Shown: piece after piece, positions 38,154-48,891 of the stretch
Layout: every line of letters starts with the position of its first letter
How positions within the stretch are numbered: position 1 is the stretch's first letter
Origin: Candidatus Multivoradales bacterium
Lineage (GTDB): Bacteria; Acidobacteriota; Thermoanaerobaculia; Multivoradales; J023
DNA: 64,000 nt
Direction: 5' to 3'
NCBI GenBank assembly: GCA_965248925.1
Contig: CBDFLE010000006.1
Span: 3,616,001-3,680,000, forward strand
Notes under the pieces: model-generated
Seen by the model: the letters and a program-made list of their open reading frames with translations, nothing else
Told to the model about the DNA's origin: nothing
Databases searched by the model: none
Program-made: the position numbers and the translations under genes

Positions 38154-39974
38154 ATGCTCTGTCAGGTCTGTGGTCGCAAAAGCTCCGAAGACGCCGAGTA
38201 TTGCTACCACTGTCATCACAAGCTGCTAGTTCTATCCGGTCCCTTCACGGTCGAAGATCAAGAGGCTTTCGAGTCCAACCCGGAAGAGCAGTTCTCCTTC
38301 GACGAGCACTTGCTCGAGCGCATTTCGATCCTCGAAGAAGTGCTCAAACGCACCGCTGGCACCTTGCGACAGGTGCTCGGCGCTCTCTACAAGTTAGAGC
38401 AGAAGACGCTGGTCAACCAGACCGGCCTGACATCACTGCGCGAGTTGCTCGACGCCAAAGAGGTAGTGGCCCGTGGCGAGTGGAGCGAGCTGTGGGAATC
38501 GCGCATGGACTACCAGTTGCTGGCTTTGGAGAAGCGCGAGCGCTTTATTTCCGTGCGCGAGAATATCCTAGCGCTCTATAGCGGCGAGCAGCGCGAAGCC
38601 TTTGAGAGTCATCTCGACAGCGCCGAGGTCGCACTGTTGAGTTTCCACATCGAGGGCGCGGTGGAATCTCTGGAGCGTGCTCACCAGCTAGATCCAGAGA
38701 ATCACGAGTTGGCGTTTTTTCTCGGTGAGACCTCCTTCAACGAGGGCGAGACCGAGCGCGCGCTGAAGTATTTCGACAAGGTGTTGGTGGTCAAACCAGA
38801 ACACTACGAAAGCCTGGTCTATGGCGGTGTGCTATGCCACGAGCAAGGCCGCATTGAGCGCGCCGAGGAGTTGCTCAAGCTGGCCGTCGGTCTTTATGGA
38901 GATGCTTTCCTCCCTGCCTTCAGCCTCGGCGCGGTTTACTCGGGTCAGGGGCGTTTGCCGCAAGCGGTGCATTTTCTCGAACGTGCGGCGGCTCTCGACT
39001 CGGTGCCACAAGCGCTCTATCTCTTGGGTAGCTGCTACTACGAGATGGGCAAGGTGGGTCCCTCGATCCGACACTTGCAGGCCGCCTTGCAGGTGGATCC
39101 AACTTACGAAGAAGCCCAGTTCCTATTGGGTTTGGCGTATCTCGACCGGCGCTGGTACCGTAAAGCGATGGCGGCCTTTGGCGACGCCTATCAACTGCAT
39201 CCTCGCCATCTAAGTTATGCCGAGCTAGCTCAGTTTCTTGGCGGTGGCGCTGGCGAGGGTGCCGATGAGTGGCTGGTGCGGGCCAAGACTCTGCTCGACG
39301 AGGGTAAGGTGCGGCAGGCTCTGGCGGTCTATCGCAGTGCCCTCGGTCAGCGACCCGAGGATCCCCGCTTGCTGGTGGGCTACGCGATGGCCTGCTTGGA
39401 AGTTAATCGGGCGCAGGAGAGTGCCTCGGTGATCGACCGCCTATTGCGTCTCGAGCCAGGCGAGCAGTTGCGCGCCACCGCCTATGCCACCTTGCTCGAA
39501 GCCTTGCGGCTACAGGGCAAGTTGCGCGAAGGGCAGCGCATCGGCAGCCGGCTGCTCGAAGAGGGTGGCACCTCGTTGGCGCAGAGCGTGGCTTGCTATG
39601 AGATGGCCTTCATCCACGCCGAGATGGAAGAGGATCTCGATGCGGCTCTGCGCTTTGCCCACCGCTCACTCGAGCTGTCGCCGCCCGAGCTGCGTCGCCT
39701 GTCCCTCGATGCCCTCGGCTGGGTACATTACAAACGTCGTGAATTCTCCCAGGCGGTCGACTACCTGAGCCGTTCGAACGATCTTGAGTCGTCGCCGCGA
39801 ACCCTCACCCACCTGGGTATGGCGCTACTCGCCAAAGGGGAACGAGAGCGGGCCCGCAGCGTATTGGTGGACGCCCGCCGACTCGAAGTGCGGCAGGTCA
39901 GCCTGGGCTCGAAAGTACTCGAGTGCTTGCGAGAGAACGCTCGCTTGCTGCCCGCGGGCAAGGCAAAAAAGTAA
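38154..39974 (+). CDS. Zinc-ribbon + TPR protein
   Basis: CQVC..CYHC N-terminus followed by multiple TPR motifs. Confidence 0.85.
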   Translation: MLCQVCGRKSSEDAEYCYHCHHKLLVLSGPFTVEDQEAFESNPEEQFSFDEHLLERISILEEVLKRTAGTLRQVLGALYKLEQKTLVNQTGLTSLRELLDAKEVVARGEWSELWESRMDYQLLALEKRERFISVRENILALYSGEQREAFESHLDSAEVALLSFHIEGAVESLERAHQLDPENHELAFFLGETSFNEGETERALKYFDKVLVVKPEHYESLVYGGVLCHEQGRIERAEELLKLAVGLYGDAFLPAFSLGAVYSGQGRLPQAVHFLERAAALDSVPQALYLLGSCYYEMGKVGPSIRHLQAALQVDPTYEEAQFLLGLAYLDRRWYRKAMAAFGDAYQLHPRHLSYAELAQFLGGGAGEGADEWLVRAKTLLDEGKVRQALAVYRSALGQRPEDPRLLVGYAMACLEVNRAQESASVIDRLLRLEPGEQLRATAYATLLEALRLQGKLREGQRIGSRLLEEGGTSLAQSVACYEMAFIHAEMEEDLDAALRFAHRSLELSPPELRRLSLDALGWVHYKRREFSQAVDYLSRSNDLESSPRTLTHLGMALLAKGERERARSVLVDARRLEVRQVSLGSKVLECLRENARLLPAGKAKK

Positions 39975-40059
39975 AGCGAGCGGGCGCCGTCCCCGGCGGT
40001 CGGTTAAGATCCGCCCGCCGAACTACCCATTCCCTCGCTGAGATCCGCGGAGAACAACC

Positions 40060-41769
40060 ATGCGCTGGACCGACTACTATCTTTTTACCGCTCGCGAGGT
40101 GCCGGCCGATGCTGAAGTTGTCAGCCATCGCCTGATGCTACGCGCCGGCATGATCCGCAAGGCCGCTGCCGGGATCTACAGCTACCTTCCCTTCGGCTGG
40201 CGTAGCTTGGAGAAGTTGTCGGCGATCGTCCGCCGTGAACTCAATGCCAAGGGGGCTCTGGAGCTCACCATGCCGGCGGTGCAGCCGGCTGAGCTGTGGC
40301 AGGAGACCGGCCGTTGGCAGAAGTACGGCAAAGAGCTGCTGCGGATCAAGGATCGCCACCAGCGGGACTTCTGTTTCGCCCCCACCGCCGAGGAAGTAGT
40401 GACCGACATCGTGCGCAACGATGTGCGCAGTTACCGCCAGCTGCCCTTCAACCTCTACCAGATTCACACCAAGTTTCGCGACGAGATCAGGCCCCGCTTC
40501 GGCCTCATGCGCGGGCGCGAGTTCCTGATGAAGGATGCCTACTCCTTCCATGCCGGCGAGGAGTCCCTCGATGCCACCTATCGCGATATGGCCGACGCCT
40601 ACCGGCGTATTTTCGAGGCTTGCGGGCTAGATCACATCCAGGTCGAAGCCGACACCGGCACCATCGGTGGTTCGTCGTCGCACGAGTTCATGGTGGTAGC
40701 GCAGACCGGCGAGAGTCTGGTGGTGCGTTGTCCCTCAAGCAGCTACGCGGCCAATGTCGAGCGGGCCGAAGCCGGTGCCCTCGAAGTTCCGGACGGGGGC
40801 GAGCCGGCGGCGCTCGAAGAGGTCGCCACGCCGGGAAAGAAGACCATCCAGCAGGTCGCGGAGTTTCTCGACATCGACCCGCGCAGCTCGATCAAGGCGC
40901 TGGTCTATGACAGCGAGCGCGATGAGCGCGTCTTGGTGTTCATCCGCGGCGACCGCGAGGTCAACGAGATCAAGCTGGCCAACCATCTTGACGTGCAGCA
41001 TCTGGTGTTGGCCAGCGAAGCCCAACTCGAAGAGTTCACCGGTTCGCCGGTGGGTTTCGTCGGTCCGGTGGGGTTGCCGGCGGGGGTGCGGGTGATCGCC
41101 GACCTGACGGTCAAGGGTTTGAGCAATTTCGTCTGCGGCGCCAACCGGCTCGATTTTCACCTGAAGAACGTCAACTGGGGCCGCGATGCCGAGCCCAGTG
41201 AGTGGGTTGATCTGTTGCATGTCCGTGGCGGCGATCCCAGTCCCGATGGCCAAGGGATGCTCGAGGAGTACCGCGGTATCGAGGTGGGTCACATCTTCAA
41301 GCTCGGCAACAAATACTCCACCGATATGGGCTGCACCTACCTCGACCAGGAAGGTAAGAGCCAGCCGATGGAGATGGGTTGCTACGGCCTCGGCATCGGC
41401 CGCACGGTGGCGGCGGCGATCGAGCAGAACCATGACGACGACGGCATCATCTGGCCGCTGCCCCTGGCGCCTTTCCAGGTGTTGCTGCTGGGTCTCAACA
41501 CCAACGTCGAGGAGGTTTGCGCGGCCGCCGACATGCTCTACGACGAGCTGCGCGAGCAAGGCATCGAGGTGCTCTATGACGATCGCAAGGAGCGCCCGGG
41601 GGTCAAATTCAAGGATGCTGATCTGATTGGTATCCCGCTGCGGGTGGTGGTCGGCAAGCGCTCCCTCGACGAAGGCAAGGTCGAATTTTCTCTGCGCCGT
41701 GATCGTGAGAAGCAGATGATCGACCGTGGTGACGTGGTCGCCAAGCTGCGCCAGTTGATCGATAACTGA
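40060..41769 (+). CDS. proS: Proline--tRNA ligase (with editing domain)
   Basis: KFRDEIRPRFGLMRGREFLMKDAYSF, GIEVGHIFKLG and MGCYGLGIGR. Confidence 0.98.
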   Translation: MRWTDYYLFTAREVPADAEVVSHRLMLRAGMIRKAAAGIYSYLPFGWRSLEKLSAIVRRELNAKGALELTMPAVQPAELWQETGRWQKYGKELLRIKDRHQRDFCFAPTAEEVVTDIVRNDVRSYRQLPFNLYQIHTKFRDEIRPRFGLMRGREFLMKDAYSFHAGEESLDATYRDMADAYRRIFEACGLDHIQVEADTGTIGGSSSHEFMVVAQTGESLVVRCPSSSYAANVERAEAGALEVPDGGEPAALEEVATPGKKTIQQVAEFLDIDPRSSIKALVYDSERDERVLVFIRGDREVNEIKLANHLDVQHLVLASEAQLEEFTGSPVGFVGPVGLPAGVRVIADLTVKGLSNFVCGANRLDFHLKNVNWGRDAEPSEWVDLLHVRGGDPSPDGQGMLEEYRGIEVGHIFKLGNKYSTDMGCTYLDQEGKSQPMEMGCYGLGIGRTVAAAIEQNHDDDGIIWPLPLAPFQVLLLGLNTNVEEVCAAADMLYDELREQGIEVLYDDRKERPGVKFKDADLIGIPLRVVVGKRSLDEGKVEFSLRRDREKQMIDRGDVVAKLRQLIDN

Positions 41770-41779
41770 AACCGAGGAG

Positions 41780-42613
41780 TTGCTGGTGAGTGCGCCCTTT
41801 GTCATTGATGCCTGGATGCAGCATCCCACGCAGCGTTTCTTGGCGCAGCCCTATTTCGCCTCCCTGCGTCGCTGGCTGGGTGAGCCAGGTATCCCGCAAG
41901 ACGAACTGCCAATCACCGCCACGCTGGCTAGCCTGGACGCCAGCGGAGTGCGCCTTGGCCTGCTCAGTGCCTGGCACGGGCCGCAGGGTGAGCTGATCTC
42001 GAACGACGAGGTCGCCGCAGCTGTTGCCGCTGCCCCCGACCGTCTGGTCGGCATCGCCTCGGTGGATATCTCGCGGCCGATGGCTGCGGTCGCTGAAATT
42101 CGTCGCGCGGTAGGCGAGCTTGGCTTCAAAGGTGTGCGGGTGCTGCCCTGGCTGTGGAATCTACCTCCTGATGACCGCCGGTTCTATCCGGTCTACGTCG
42201 CCTGCTGCGAGCTGGGGGTACCTTTCTGTTTGCAAGTGGGCCACACCGGCCCACTGTGTCCGTCGGAGCCGGGGCGGCCGATCCCCTACCTCGAAAACGT
42301 TGCTCTCGACTTCCCCGAGCTGAAAATCGTCGCCGGCCACATCGGCGCGCCTTGGGCGGAGGAGATGATCTCGCTGGCCACTAAATTTCCCAATCTTTAC
42401 ATCGATAGCTCGGCCTACAAGGCGAGCCGGTATCCGCCTGCCTTCGTCAACTACCTACGGGGCCATGGACGCAAGAAAGTACTCTTCGGCAGCAACTACC
42501 CGATGCTCACCGCCGCCGATTGCCTACGCGATCTCGATAGTCTGGAACTCGATGACGATGCTCAGCAACGTTTCCTATACCAGAACGCCGAACGGGTCTT
42601 TGGACTGTCCTGA
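41780..42613 (+). CDS. Amidohydrolase_2 family protein
   Basis: IDAWMQHP, QVGHTGP, FPELKIVAGHIG and VLFGSNYP. Confidence 0.88.
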   Translation: MLVSAPFVIDAWMQHPTQRFLAQPYFASLRRWLGEPGIPQDELPITATLASLDASGVRLGLLSAWHGPQGELISNDEVAAAVAAAPDRLVGIASVDISRPMAAVAEIRRAVGELGFKGVRVLPWLWNLPPDDRRFYPVYVACCELGVPFCLQVGHTGPLCPSEPGRPIPYLENVALDFPELKIVAGHIGAPWAEEMISLATKFPNLYIDSSAYKASRYPPAFVNYLRGHGRKKVLFGSNYPMLTAADCLRDLDSLELDDDAQQRFLYQNAERVFGLS

Positions 42614-42654
42614 CGTCGGTCTTTGATCGAGTGGTTGCGAAACAGCGGATGGGC

Positions 42655-43197
42655 TCAGGCGGTTAGCTCGAAGTCGAAGTCGAAGTCGAGCATTCTATCG
42701 CCATCAAAAATCGAGCGGCTATCGATCCGCTCGCTAGCGAGCATTCTGGGCAGCCACAGACGATCGTCAGCCCACATCTCGTCGTAGGGGATGGCTTCCA
42801 GTGGGGTCCACAACGGGATCGCCTCGGCGGTTTCACCGGCTTCGCCACGGTGGCCGCTGGCGCGAAACACCCAGACGTGGAGGGAGTAGCCGTCGACAAA
42901 TTGAAAACGCAGCTGGCCGCACTCGACCAAGCCTGTGGGGGTGATGAGAAGCTCTTCCTCGACTTCGCGCACGGCGCATTCGAGAGGGGTTTCGCCGGTC
43001 TCGATGCGGCCTCCTGGACCGTTGATCTTGCCGGCGCCGAGCCCCCGCTTCTTGCGGATCAAGAGGATCTGCTGCTGCTCAACCACAAAGCACAGGGTGG
43101 CGCGGTCGACCGCTCGCCAATGAGGCCAGTCGATCTCGGCAACGCGGCGGGGAACCGGCTCGAGTGGGGCCTTCCCGGCTGTAGATTCTTCGGCCAT
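42655..43197 (-). CDS. Nudix hydrolase (MTH1-like 8-oxo-dGTPase)
   Basis: [34 protein letters not shown] Nudix box; [14 protein letters not shown]. Confidence 0.9.
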   Translation of the reverse strand: MAEESTAGKAPLEPVPRRVAEIDWPHWRAVDRATLCFVVEQQQILLIRKKRGLGAGKINGPGGRIETGETPLECAVREVEEELLITPTGLVECGQLRFQFVDGYSLHVWVFRASGHRGEAGETAEAIPLWTPLEAIPYDEMWADDRLWLPRMLASERIDSRSIFDGDRMLDFDFDFELTA

Positions 43198-43269
43198 GGT
43201 GCAAAAACTACCATGCTATCTGGTGTGGCCAACTCCACTTTGCGGCCGGTTGACGAGTAAAGCTAGCTC

Positions 43270-45936
43270 TTACTTACGTTTTCGCCACCACAGAGTGAGG
43301 AGCAAAGCCGCGACGGCAAGGGCGCTCAGCAGCCATCCGGAGCCGGACCGGCTGCTGGGAAAGGGCACTGTCGAGCCATCGCCCCAGACCACCACTCCGG
43401 CCCAGGCGGCGGCCGGTGCTCCGGCGGCCGCCCGCTCGCGCTGAGTCTCGGCCAGTGCCGTGGCGATGTCCGCGCCGCGAACGAGGTGGTGGTAGAAGGG
43501 GTCGAAGAACTCGCTGGCCTCGTCGTCGCGCAGGGGCCACAGGCTGGCCACGACGGAACTGGCACCGGCTTGGAGGAAAGCTCGGGCCGGGCTTAGCGCA
43601 CCTTCGCCATTCAGCAGTCGGCCGCCGCCGCTGCGACAAGCCGCCAACACGACGACTTCGCCAGCGAGGTCGAGAGCGGCGATCTCGTCGAGTTCGAGCA
43701 GCCCGTCCGCGCTGGCATCGCCAGTCAGCACCAGGCCCGAGGCTTGGCCGCGACGTTCGTCGGTCAAGGCGTGGGTGGCGAAGTGGAGTACCCGATGCTG
43801 ACCTGCCGACACTCGGTGCAAGCTCGATTCGGTGGCCTCGGAGCCGAGCAGCAGGTGGGCTTTGCGGCCCAGTCGGCGACGGATCTGTTGGGCTTCGCGC
43901 CGGGCACCGGGTAAGGGGCGCCAGCTGATGCTCTCGGTGGACTCACGGTCTCCGTCTTCACCATCGGCGCTCCGAGGATCTGCCAGTACCAATACCGAAC
44001 CCTCTCCTTGGCTTGCCGAGTGGATCGACTGCCAATGTGCCCACAGGGTGGCCGAGGGTGCCATCGAGAGGCGGAAACGAGCCAGCAGCAGCTCGCCGGA
44101 GGGGTCGCGAAAAGTGGCGAATGGGAGTCGATTGAGGGCCCCGTCCGGCACCAGGATCAAGTGATCGACCGTCGTCGGTAGATCTGCCAATGCCGGCCAA
44201 AGGAGTCGGCTGGCGAGCTTCTCGGCGACCGCTTCTTGGCGCCCATCGCGGGCTTCAAACATGCCGGTGAAGAGATCGATTGCGGGAGCGGTGTGGGCGG
44301 CGTCGGGCAGGGCGTAGAGCCGTACGCCCTGACGGTGGACAGCCAGCAGCCAGGAGCCGCCCTCGAAATTGCCAAAGAAATTCAGCCATTGGGCTAGTTG
44401 CCAGATGAGGATGGCTTCGTTGGGTCCCAGAGTAGCCTGAAGCCGTGCCAGATCCACGGACGGTTGTGACTGCGGGTCCTTGGCGGCTGAGGATACAGGC
44501 TCCAGATTCTCCCGCAGTAGCCGACCCCGCATGCTCTCGCCGACCTGGAAGGCTTGGTCGAGCCACCGTGGTTCGGTGATCGAAAGTGCCGCTGGTTCCG
44601 TGCTGTTCGCGACCCGTGGTGAAAGCGGCGACTCGTTCACCGACCGTCCGCCCGCTTGCAGGTACAGCCGGCCGGCCAGCCACTGGTGGAGGTTGATCCA
44701 CAGCGAGAAATACTCGCCCCGACCGTGCGTCTGACGGCTGCGCAAGGCCTCGACTTCGGCCAGGACTTCATAGGAGGGTGCCAGCGCCTGATCAGGAGTT
44801 GCCGCGAGGTGCCAGGCGATTCGCAGGCGGTGTAGCCAACCGTCGGCGAGGAAGCTCGCGGGACTCGCATCGGGTAGTGAGCGGTTCGCTTCCGCGGCCA
44901 ACTGCCGGGCCTGATCAGGGTCGTCGTCGGCCAACCGTTCCGCCTGGGCCAATAGAGCGAGGTGGAGTAGCTCCGGATCCTTCAGCTGGCGGGCGATAGC
45001 GACGGCTGCGCCGAGTAGCTCCGCCCCTTGGGCGCCAGCGGTTAGCTGGCCTAGCTTGCGCAGCGCGGCGCCTTGAGTCCGAAGATTGCCAGCCGCCGCC
45101 GCCAGCGTGGCTACTTCTCTCATTTGTTCTTTGGCCTGCCGCAGCAGTGGCTCGGAGGGTAGCCCTGGGAGGCCGCACATGGTGGCGTTGAACCGCGCCG
45201 TAACCGCGGCATAGGCATTGCCGAGCCGCTGCTGGCGCTCGGCCAGAGTTTCGAAAGAGGTGCGAGCTAGATCGAGATCACCCAGGCGAAAACGGGCCTG
45301 GGCTAGCAGGTGCATGGCTTCTAGTTCCAGCTGCGGGTTTGCACTTGGGTCGATGCGGCCGAGTAGCTCCTGCAAGCGTTCCTCGATCTCGCCCAGGTCG
45401 CCGCCTTGTTCGAGCGCCAGGGTCAACAGTTCCACCTCCGCCGCGTCGAGCAGCGCTGGCTCTTCGAGCCGTCGAGCGATGGCGATCCCACGCTCCATCT
45501 CGGTTCGCGCATCCTCGAATAGCGAACGGCTGCGGAGCCAGCGGCCAAGGCTCATTTGGGTGTAATACGCTCCTCTAAACTGGCCATCAGCGGTGTAGAG
45601 ATCAGCCGCTTTGCGGAACTCCCGCGCAGGATCGCCACCGTCTTCGAAGGTTAGACTGGCGAGGTAGAAGAACGGGCAGGCAAGCTCTGGCCGCTGCCGG
45701 GTGAGGGCTTGCAACCGTAGGCTGGCCGCCGAGCGCAGCCGCGGCTCGCGAGCGAGGTGGTAGAAGCAGGCACAGCCGTTCCAGTCGTCCACCTGCGCCA
45801 GATAGTCCGCCTCGCAAGTCGCCAGGCGATCCTCGCCTTGCGCCATACTGCTGATCGTCGCGGAGATCAGCAGCCACAAGAAAGTCCGTTGCCAGTTCAC
45901 CTGTGGTGGCAGGTGTATTTGTTGACGCTCATCCAC
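43270..45936 (-). CDS. CHAT (caspase-like) domain protein with TPR-like N-terminus, signal peptide and C-terminal TM
   Basis: LVPDGALNRLPF, LPGARREA, HFATHA and LAACRSG (His/Cys dyad), VVASLWPL; hydrophobic tail ending WRKRK. Confidence 0.9.
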   Translation of the reverse strand: MDERQQIHLPPQVNWQRTFLWLLISATISSMAQGEDRLATCEADYLAQVDDWNGCACFYHLAREPRLRSAASLRLQALTRQRPELACPFFYLASLTFEDGGDPAREFRKAADLYTADGQFRGAYYTQMSLGRWLRSRSLFEDARTEMERGIAIARRLEEPALLDAAEVELLTLALEQGGDLGEIEERLQELLGRIDPSANPQLELEAMHLLAQARFRLGDLDLARTSFETLAERQQRLGNAYAAVTARFNATMCGLPGLPSEPLLRQAKEQMREVATLAAAAGNLRTQGAALRKLGQLTAGAQGAELLGAAVAIARQLKDPELLHLALLAQAERLADDDPDQARQLAAEANRSLPDASPASFLADGWLHRLRIAWHLAATPDQALAPSYEVLAEVEALRSRQTHGRGEYFSLWINLHQWLAGRLYLQAGGRSVNESPLSPRVANSTEPAALSITEPRWLDQAFQVGESMRGRLLRENLEPVSSAAKDPQSQPSVDLARLQATLGPNEAILIWQLAQWLNFFGNFEGGSWLLAVHRQGVRLYALPDAAHTAPAIDLFTGMFEARDGRQEAVAEKLASRLLWPALADLPTTVDHLILVPDGALNRLPFATFRDPSGELLLARFRLSMAPSATLWAHWQSIHSASQGEGSVLVLADPRSADGEDGDRESTESISWRPLPGARREAQQIRRRLGRKAHLLLGSEATESSLHRVSAGQHRVLHFATHALTDERRGQASGLVLTGDASADGLLELDEIAALDLAGEVVVLAACRSGGGRLLNGEGALSPARAFLQAGASSVVASLWPLRDDEASEFFDPFYHHLVRGADIATALAETQRERAAAGAPAAAWAGVVVWGDGSTVPFPSSRSGSGWLLSALAVAALLLTLWWRKRK

Positions 45937-46945
45937 CGGGTGGAATCATCGGCCCATTGTGGGTCACGGTCAAGCCGGATTTGGCCTCTCCTTCTCGGTG
46001 CCAGATGATTTCGAGGTCGACCGGCAAGCCGTGGGTCATCGGTCCGGTGCCGTTGTCGAAGTCCTGTTGCAGGGCTTCAAACTCCTGCCAACCTTCGTCG
46101 CTCAACAGAATGTGCTGGCGGGCATGGGGGGCTACCCACAGACCTAAGGCGAGGGGGGAGTTGGTCGGGTTCGGCGCGACGCTGAGTTCTAGATCGGCGA
46201 GCTGGCGGGCGGTACCGAGGGTCGGTCCCAGGGCGAGCAAGGATGGCCAGGTGTGATCTGTGGCTAGCACAGGTGGGCGCTGGATCCCTGCGGCTTCGTG
46301 CCACACCGCGGCGAAAACTAGTTGGCCCTGGTCTTGGTAAGTCTCCACGTCCACCAGGTAACGTCCCAGGCCGTTTTGTAGGAGGTCAAGCTGGTCTAGG
46401 AAATCTCGGGAGAGGCCAAGGGCGTAGTGATGGTCCATCGGATGGGGGTGGAAAACCGCCGCCACCAGCTGCCAGCCGGCTAGCTGGTAAACCTCGAGGT
46501 CGACCAGGCGATAGCCGTTGGTGAGTTCCCAGACAGCCAGCGCGTCGAGTTGCCCGATCGGTAGGTCGATGATCAGGTGCGAGGTCTGTGAGAAGCCATT
46601 GGCTTCGATGGACGCCTGGTGCCAGATGCCGGCGAATCGCCGCCCGGCCACGCCGCCGACTTCCTCACCGGCGAGCTCAAAGTCGACCAACTGAAAGCCC
46701 GCCGCCTGATAGGTGCTGTTGCGGGCCAAGAAGGTAGCGAAGGAGTGGGTCGAGGTGATTCTCGACTCTCCCGGAGTTTCGGACCACACCATGCCGTAGG
46801 TGGTTTGGAAGGAGTCGGACTGTGGTGGAGTCCACGGATTCTCCGCGCTCGCGATTTTGGCGGCCAAGACTAAGGTAAGACCGACGAGAAGGGCTCGTAG
46901 GTGGATGTTCTTCGAGCAAGGCAGCTGAGCTGTAGTCTGAGTCAT
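45929..46945 (-). CDS. Secreted protein with tandem repeats (polyglycine-hydrolase/BTRD1-like)
   Basis: Repeats G(F/Y)xLVD(F/L/V)ExY..FA(G/A)(I/V)WH; ATG 46945 followed by a signal peptide. Confidence 0.7.
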   Translation of the reverse strand: MTQTTAQLPCSKNIHLRALLVGLTLVLAAKIASAENPWTPPQSDSFQTTYGMVWSETPGESRITSTHSFATFLARNSTYQAAGFQLVDFELAGEEVGGVAGRRFAGIWHQASIEANGFSQTSHLIIDLPIGQLDALAVWELTNGYRLVDLEVYQLAGWQLVAAVFHPHPMDHHYALGLSRDFLDQLDLLQNGLGRYLVDVETYQDQGQLVFAAVWHEAAGIQRPPVLATDHTWPSLLALGPTLGTARQLADLELSVAPNPTNSPLALGLWVAPHARQHILLSDEGWQEFEALQQDFDNGTGPMTHGLPVDLEIIWHREGEAKSGLTVTHNGPMIPPGG

Positions 46946-47101
46946 GTGGGTTCTCCAACTTGAGGTCCTAGAGTAACGCCCGCTGCCCGGAGAAGGCGGG
47001 CAGCGAATTCTCCTCAATTGCTCTAACCCAACGAGTGTCGAGACGACTTTCCCTCACTCGAAGTGAGCACCGGCTGAATCGGATGGCAAGCCCTGCTCAA
47101 G

Positions 47102-47532
47102 TCACCTCAGTGGGTTGCTCCAGCGCAAGCCGGAGAAGCGGCCAAAGTCGGAGTCGTTGGAGCACAGCTTAGCTTGGCATTCGATGGCGATGGCGGCCAA
47201 GTGAATGTCTGCGGTGAGCTTGCCGGCGGTTCCCGCTTCGGCGGTCAAGGTCGCCAACAGGCCGAGATGGCGAGAACCAGGATTGAGAATCTGCGTCTGG
47301 GGGCGGTCGAACCACGTCCGAAGATGGTGCAGAGCCTGCTCGGCCGGCAACGGCTCGACCAGAATGCTGCGGCTAGTCATCAGGCGCAAGAACCCCAGTA
47401 GCACCACCCACGGTAGACCCACCGGGCGTTCGCCGGAGAGAATATCTTCCTACCATGCCCGAGCCCGTGGGTGTTGGGGGGGGCGTCCGAATTGTAGGCG
47501 TAGATCAGCAGATTGATGTAGGGCAGGATCAT
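47102..47532 (-). pseudogene. vapC: VapC PIN toxin pseudogene
   Basis: MILPYINLLIYAYNSDAP..(frameshift in G8 run 47476-47483)..ARAW*EDILSG..DIHLAAIAIE..SNDSDFGRFSGLRWSNPL. Confidence 0.85.
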
Positions 47533-47807
47533 CAGCGGCCGATTTTCTCCGCGTGAACTCGGTTGAAATCCTCGAGTTCCAGGTCGTCTAGGAGCTGATT
47601 GAGCTTCCCTGGGTCGATTGCCGTCCTGAAGCCGTGGGCCTTCGCTTCGACGACGAACCGGGGCTGCGGTGGCTTTGGCATCTCACCTCGGAGCAGTCCT
47701 CTGCGCAATACAGCGTTGACCACCGCCTTGAAACTCACCCCGCTATGGCGCGCCTTCTCACGAAGCTTTTTCGCCAGATCGTCGTCCAAAGTCAATGTTG
47801 TTCTCGT
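47532..47807 (-). pseudogene. vapB: VapB antitoxin; expected start codon reads ACG
   Basis: (T)RTTLTLDDDLAKKLRE..SFKAVVNAVLRRGL; palindrome CATCATGATG directly upstream. Confidence 0.75.
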
Positions 47808-47940
47808 CTCGACATCATGATGCCTCGCTATTCTGACTTCAAGGGGCCAAGCCTCCTAGCCCGAATAAGTGGCCGCCTTCAATCGAAAGCGGCGGTCGGT
47901 TTCGCTGAGCGCAGGCAATTCTGATTAACTGCCAACGAGT

Positions 47941-48864
47941 CTAGACAGACCAGGAGTAGCGTTGGCTACTGTCTTGCTTGTAGGTCTTGTCACGTAGCAC
48001 GTACGGAGTCGCGCAGAATTCGACAATCTGGTTGTCTTTCACTTCAATCCCCAGCAGACTAAACGAATTCTCTGAGCGGGCGGGGATCAACTTATACCTC
48101 TGCGTCAGAAATGTCGCGCCCGCGCAAGCGATACGGAGCTGGGCGCTGCCGGAAGTTAGAGAGTAAAATATCGTCTCGTGGACATGGCCAGCGACAAGCT
48201 GGTTGACTCCGCATCTTTTGGCGGCTGCGACCACTCGCCGCCATTCTTTCAGCCGTAAAGCTCGCTTTACATTGTCCCCTGGAGGAAAGTGGAAGACCCA
48301 CAGTACGGCATAGTTTTTTCTGGTCTTCTCTGTCAGCAGCTTGAGCTTGGCGACGGTTTCTTCGTGGGCCCTGCCTTGCCCGAGAAAACCAGGCTCCAAG
48401 GATTCCAAACTAAAGTCAGCGAAGATAATCGCAAGCCCATCGCCTTCGGGTTTCCCGAAATACTCGACTCGAACAGCGTCCCCCTGCCAGTAGTTCGAAA
48501 AAACGTCTTCAAAAGCTGTGCCTCCGGGTAGAAGGCCGCGGCGATAACGGTCGTGGTTTCCCGGCAGTAGAACTGTTCGGAGGCCACTGCTCTTTAGGGT
48601 GGCAAGGCCATTCCAATAGTCTGAGTTGTTGGTAGATTCGACGAACGACAATGCTCTCTCCAGACTCGGTCTGGAACCAACTGCTGCCAAGTCGCCGGAG
48701 ATCAGTATCGCATCGAGCAGAGACTTCTGGCGGAAAGCAAATTGAGCTACTAGAGATGCCAGAAATCTGTCAGCCTCCGAAATCTGACTCGCATCCTCGG
48801 GCAGCCAGTGCTCTTGCAGAAAATGAAAATCCGAAAGGTGGAGAAGCGAGTACCTCTTCGCCAT
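47941..48864 (-). CDS. Calcineurin-like metallophosphoesterase
   Basis: HLSDFHF, SGDL, PGNHD, HFPP and GHVHE motifs. Confidence 0.88.
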   Translation of the reverse strand: MAKRYSLLHLSDFHFLQEHWLPEDASQISEADRFLASLVAQFAFRQKSLLDAILISGDLAAVGSRPSLERALSFVESTNNSDYWNGLATLKSSGLRTVLLPGNHDRYRRGLLPGGTAFEDVFSNYWQGDAVRVEYFGKPEGDGLAIIFADFSLESLEPGFLGQGRAHEETVAKLKLLTEKTRKNYAVLWVFHFPPGDNVKRALRLKEWRRVVAAAKRCGVNQLVAGHVHETIFYSLTSGSAQLRIACAGATFLTQRYKLIPARSENSFSLLGIEVKDNQIVEFCATPYVLRDKTYKQDSSQRYSWSV

Positions 48865-48891
48865 TGAGACTGGATGCTCCTATTATCTTTT

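Noticed and set aside
47476-47483. Phase-variable G8 tract in vapC
   Set aside because: A downstream stop codon and catalytic-site loss would keep the gene inactive in any phase.
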